Shown here: positions 61,234-64,000 of the stretch, piece by piece
How positions within the stretch are numbered: position 1 is the stretch's first letter
Layout of the letters: the number at the start of each line of letters is the position of its first letter
Origin: Acidobacteriota bacterium
GTDB lineage: Bacteria; Acidobacteriota; Thermoanaerobaculia; Gp7-AA8; JAHWKK01
Length of the DNA stretch: 64,000 nucleotides
Assembly: GCA_019347945.1 (NCBI GenBank)
Contig: JAHWKK010000002.1
Span: 157,316 to 221,315 of the forward strand
Direction of reading: 5' to 3'
Translations under genes and position numbers: made by a program
Notes under the pieces: generated by a model
The model's database searches: none
Told to the model about the DNA's origin: nothing
Seen by the model: the letters and a program-made list of their open reading frames with translations, nothing else

Positions 61234-63362
61234 ACCTGCCGAGACTGCTCGAATACCGGCGCGACCCGCGCTTCGTCATCGGAATCGCCATTCTGATTCT
61301 CGCGGCTGCCTCCTCAATCTACTACCTCATCCAGAGAGCCAACGAGCTCTCCCCCGAGGCGCTCGGCAGCCGGATGCTGCTGTTCGTACTCTGGAACATC
61401 AATCTGATTCTCATTCTCGGGATCCTCATCGTCCTCTCGCGCGTGCTGATCAAGCTGATCCTCGAGCGACAGCGGGGCATCCTCGGTTCGCGGTTCCGAA
61501 CAAAGCTCGTCGTGACGTGGGTCGCGACCACACTCGTTCCGATCGTTCTTCTCTTCGTGGTCGCCAACGATCTGTTGAGACTCTCGATCGATCGCTGGTT
61601 CTCGGTCCCGGTGGAAACGCTCGTGAGCAACAGCGCCGAGATCGCAGAAGCGTACGAGGGCGAAAGATTCAGTCACGCGACGCGCGCCGCGGAGGCGATC
61701 GCCACGCAATGGCGGGGAGACGACCCCCCTCCGCTCGACGTTCTGAGGGAAGAGAGCGACGTCGACGTCGCCGGACTCTACCAGTCGGGCCGGACGATCC
61801 GACTGATCGCCGATCCCCGGAGTCCCGTCCACGAGCTTCGGGACCCGCCGGCCAGATTCTTCGCTCAGATCGACGAAGAGGGCGTCGCCACCAAGATCGA
61901 CGTCGCACCGAGCGGAAAGTGGCTGCGCTCGGGCGTCGGCGCCGGGCCCAACCGGTACGTCGTCACCGGTGTGTTCATCCCCGCCTCGTTCGCCCGCCTC
62001 GTCGACGAGAACCTCATCGCGTACGACGAGTATCGGCAGACGGTCGCACAGAGACCGGAGCTGAAGACTTCTCAAACCTCTCTTTTTCTGACGGCCACGC
62101 TCTACATTCTCTTCGGGGCGCTATGGGCGGCGATCTACGTTTCTCGCAGAATCACGGGACCCGTTCAGGCTCTGGCGGAAGGAACCCGGACGCTCGCTCA
62201 CGGCGACTACGACCACCGGATCGAAGCGACGGCGACGGATGAGCTCGGAACGCTGGTCGACTCGTTCAACGCGATGGCCGAGCAGCTCTCGGAGCAGCGA
62301 TCGGCACTGACGCGATCCAACGAAGAGCTCCAGCTCGTCAACCGCAGACTCGACGACGAGCGCGCCTTCCTCTCGGCCGTCCAGGAGTCTCTGTCGACCG
62401 GCATCATCGCCGTCGACGACAGTCTCTCCATTCTCGGATTGAATCCCGCTGCCCTTCGCCTGCTCGCAATCGACGAGCCGTCGCCCGGAACGCACGTCTC
62501 GGATTTTCTCGACGGCGACCTCGCGCCCCTGGCCGGCTACATCACGGGACTCGACACCGAGTCGCGGCTGAAGCCGCGCGATCTCAGCCTCGTCAGAAAA
62601 GGTGAGCTCCACTATTTCGAGTTGCACGCCGCAAGGCTCGGCTCGGCCGACACGGTCAACGGATGGGTCATCGCGATCGAGGACACGACCGAGCTCGTTC
62701 AGGCGCAGAAACTGGCAGCCTGGAGCGAGGCGGCTCGTCGCATCGCGCACGAGATCAAGAATCCACTCACTCCGATCCAGCTGTCGGCCGAGCGAATCGC
62801 CCGTCATGCCGCGGACAGTCCACCCGGGCTCCAGGACGTGACCAGAGAGGGGACGCGGATCATCATCGAAGAGGTTGCGCAGCTCAAACGCCTGGTCGAC
62901 GAGTTCTCCCGCTTCGCGAGAATGCCCGCCGTCCATCTGCGGCGGTGCTCGATCCGCGACATTCTGGAGCAGGCGGCATCTCTCTACCGCGACACGCGCG
63001 ACGACATCGTCGTCCGAGTGGAAGCTCCCGAAGATCTCGAAGCGATCGTCGACCCGGAGCAGATCAAGCGCGCTGCCGTCAATCTCCTCGACAACGCGGT
63101 CGCGGCCACGGCCGAGGGGGAGATCGTCGTTCGCGCCGAAAGAAGAGATCGCGCCATCGCGATCTCGGTCGCCGATCCCGGGATCGGCGTCCCCGACGCG
63201 GACAAGGAGAAACTCTTCCTTCCGTGGTTCTCCACCAAGAAGGAAGGCACCGGACTCGGTCTCGCGATCGTCCACCGGATCGTCCACGATCACGACGGCA
63301 GGATCTCGGTGATGGACAATTCGCCGACCGGCACGATCTTCGAGATCGAGATCCCGGCGTGA
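61230..63362 (+). CDS. ntrY: NtrY-like sensor histidine kinase (TM-HAMP-PAS-HisKA-HATPase)
   Basis: ITGPVQALAEGTRTLAHGDY (HAMP), HEIKNPLTPIQLSAERI (H box), and N, G1 and G2 boxes. A GTG start at 61230 is proposed. Confidence 0.85.
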   Translation: MNLPRLLEYRRDPRFVIGIAILILAAASSIYYLIQRANELSPEALGSRMLLFVLWNINLILILGILIVLSRVLIKLILERQRGILGSRFRTKLVVTWVATTLVPIVLLFVVANDLLRLSIDRWFSVPVETLVSNSAEIAEAYEGERFSHATRAAEAIATQWRGDDPPPLDVLREESDVDVAGLYQSGRTIRLIADPRSPVHELRDPPARFFAQIDEEGVATKIDVAPSGKWLRSGVGAGPNRYVVTGVFIPASFARLVDENLIAYDEYRQTVAQRPELKTSQTSLFLTATLYILFGALWAAIYVSRRITGPVQALAEGTRTLAHGDYDHRIEATATDELGTLVDSFNAMAEQLSEQRSALTRSNEELQLVNRRLDDERAFLSAVQESLSTGIIAVDDSLSILGLNPAALRLLAIDEPSPGTHVSDFLDGDLAPLAGYITGLDTESRLKPRDLSLVRKGELHYFELHAARLGSADTVNGWVIAIEDTTELVQAQKLAAWSEAARRIAHEIKNPLTPIQLSAERIARHAADSPPGLQDVTREGTRIIIEEVAQLKRLVDEFSRFARMPAVHLRRCSIRDILEQAASLYRDTRDDIVVRVEAPEDLEAIVDPEQIKRAAVNLLDNAVAATAEGEIVVRAERRDRAIAISVADPGIGVPDADKEKLFLPWFSTKKEGTGLGLAIVHRIVHDHDGRISVMDNSPTGTIFEIEIPA

Positions 63363-63397
63363 GGTGAGGTGGAGGTTTGAGGTTTGAGGTTGGACGA
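63361..63397. repeat. GAGGTGA/GAGGTTT/GAGGTTG heptamer arm
   Basis: Starts within the ntrY stop codon. Its partner is at 63541-63572. Confidence 0.8.
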
Positions 63398-63467
63398 GGT
63401 GCAGCTCGTCACCTCGAATTGAGCCTCTGAATCATCGCGCCGCCGTCGGGCTTAAGGCTCGATGAAA

Positions 63468-63540
63468 TGGACGTCGTGGACGAAATGGACTGAATGGACA
63501 AAGTGGACGGACCTCCTCCACAACGTCCACTTCGTCCACC
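63468..63540. repeat. Nested 9-mer arrays: (TGGACNNNN)5 followed by inverted (GTCCANNNN)2
   Basis: TGGAC recurs with exact period 9 five times from 63468. GTCCAC recurs twice with period 9 at 63525-63540. Confidence 0.8.
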
Positions 63541-63572
63541 TTCCAGCCTCGACCTCGAACCTCCAGCCTCCA
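63541..63572. repeat. CCTCGAA/CCTCCAG-type heptamer arm
   Basis: TTCCAGCCTCGACCTCGAACCTCCAGCCTCC is approximately complementary to 63361-63397. Confidence 0.75.
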
Positions 63573-63611
63573 TTTGCATTCCACTCGTTCCTGATGCATT
63601 GTGACGCCCCC

Positions 63612-64000
63612 ATGAAGAGCGTCGCGGTTTTTTGCGGTTCGCGGCCCGGCAACGACGAGCGCTTCATCGAAGCAGCGAGGCGGATGGGTCGCGAGATAGC
63701 CGAGCAGGGGCTGACACTGGTCTACGGCGGCGGAAGGCTCGGCCTGATGGGGGAAGCCGCGAACGCCGCGCTCGACGCCGGTGGACGCGTGATCGGCGTC
63801 ATCCCGCAGGCACTCGTGGAGCGCGAGCATGCGCACGGGGGCCTCGACGAGCTCCACATCGTGGAGTCGATGCACCAGCGGAAGGCGAAGATGGCGGAGC
63901 TCGCCGAAGGCTTCGTCTCGCTGCCGGGCGGGCTGGGAACGCTCGAGGAGACCTTCGAGGTCTGGACCTGGGCGCAGCTCGGTCTTCATCGCAACCCGGT
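63612..64000 (+). CDS. LOG-family (TIGR00730) nucleotide 5'-monophosphate nucleosidase (3' end outside the window)
   Basis: [19 protein letters not shown] and PGGLGTLEE motifs. Confidence 0.88.
   Translation, partial: MKSVAVFCGSRPGNDERFIEAARRMGREIAEQGLTLVYGGGRLGLMGEAANAALDAGGRVIGVIPQALVEREHAHGGLDELHIVESMHQRKAKMAELAEGFVSLPGGLGTLEETFEVWTWAQLGLHRNP

Overview
This is a GC-rich (roughly 65% by eye), densely packed bacterial chromosomal segment. Many genes are joined by 1-4 nt start/stop overlaps, and long antisense ORFs, typical of high-GC DNA, are abundant and were ignored. I saw no rRNA, tRNA, CRISPR array, transposase, integrase or prophage genes.

Most genes are housekeeping:
- Nucleotide and cofactor metabolism: pyrG, kdsA, metK, purEK, pyrR-pyrB-pyrC, queF, ribE.
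- DNA repair and translation: recD2, mutY, mutL, yraN, rimO, rpsA.
- Lipid synthesis: pssA-psd.
- Secreted or lipoprotein hydrolases: M14, M24, S10, two M23 peptidases, a sulfatase-like protein, a SpoIID/SPOR protein and an isoaspartyl peptidase.
- Signalling: three CheY-type receivers, an NtrY-like kinase and a GAF-HD-GYP protein.

Two things stand out.
1. A tightly coupled minus-strand operon (22.2-25.6 kb) encodes GvpF/L-like and GvpG-like gas-vesicle accessory proteins, then a tandem two-domain ArsA/Get3-type ATPase and a CheY receiver. No GvpA/J/M shell, GvpN or GvpK genes and no ars genes occur anywhere in the window.
2. Nearly every long intergenic spacer is built the same way. Short tandem repeats (mostly 7-mers, one set of 9-mers) occur as inverted pairs that bracket either a short loop or modular conserved inserts. 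These inserts include a ~270-nt core present three times and a ~100-nt three-hairpin module present twice. The unit sequence differs between loci while arm complementarity is kept. The arrays often abut or supply the stop codons of flanking genes.

Smaller items:
- a bacterial eRF1/Vms1-like protein with a zinc ribbon
- a low-GC HepT/MntA toxin-antitoxin islet
- an orphan PilT-like ATPase with a coiled-coil tail behind a receiver
- an Asd-like pseudoenzyme in the pssA-psd operon
- a beta-lactamase/DUF1343 (NamZ-like) fusion
- a partial tandem duplication of the yidD 5' end
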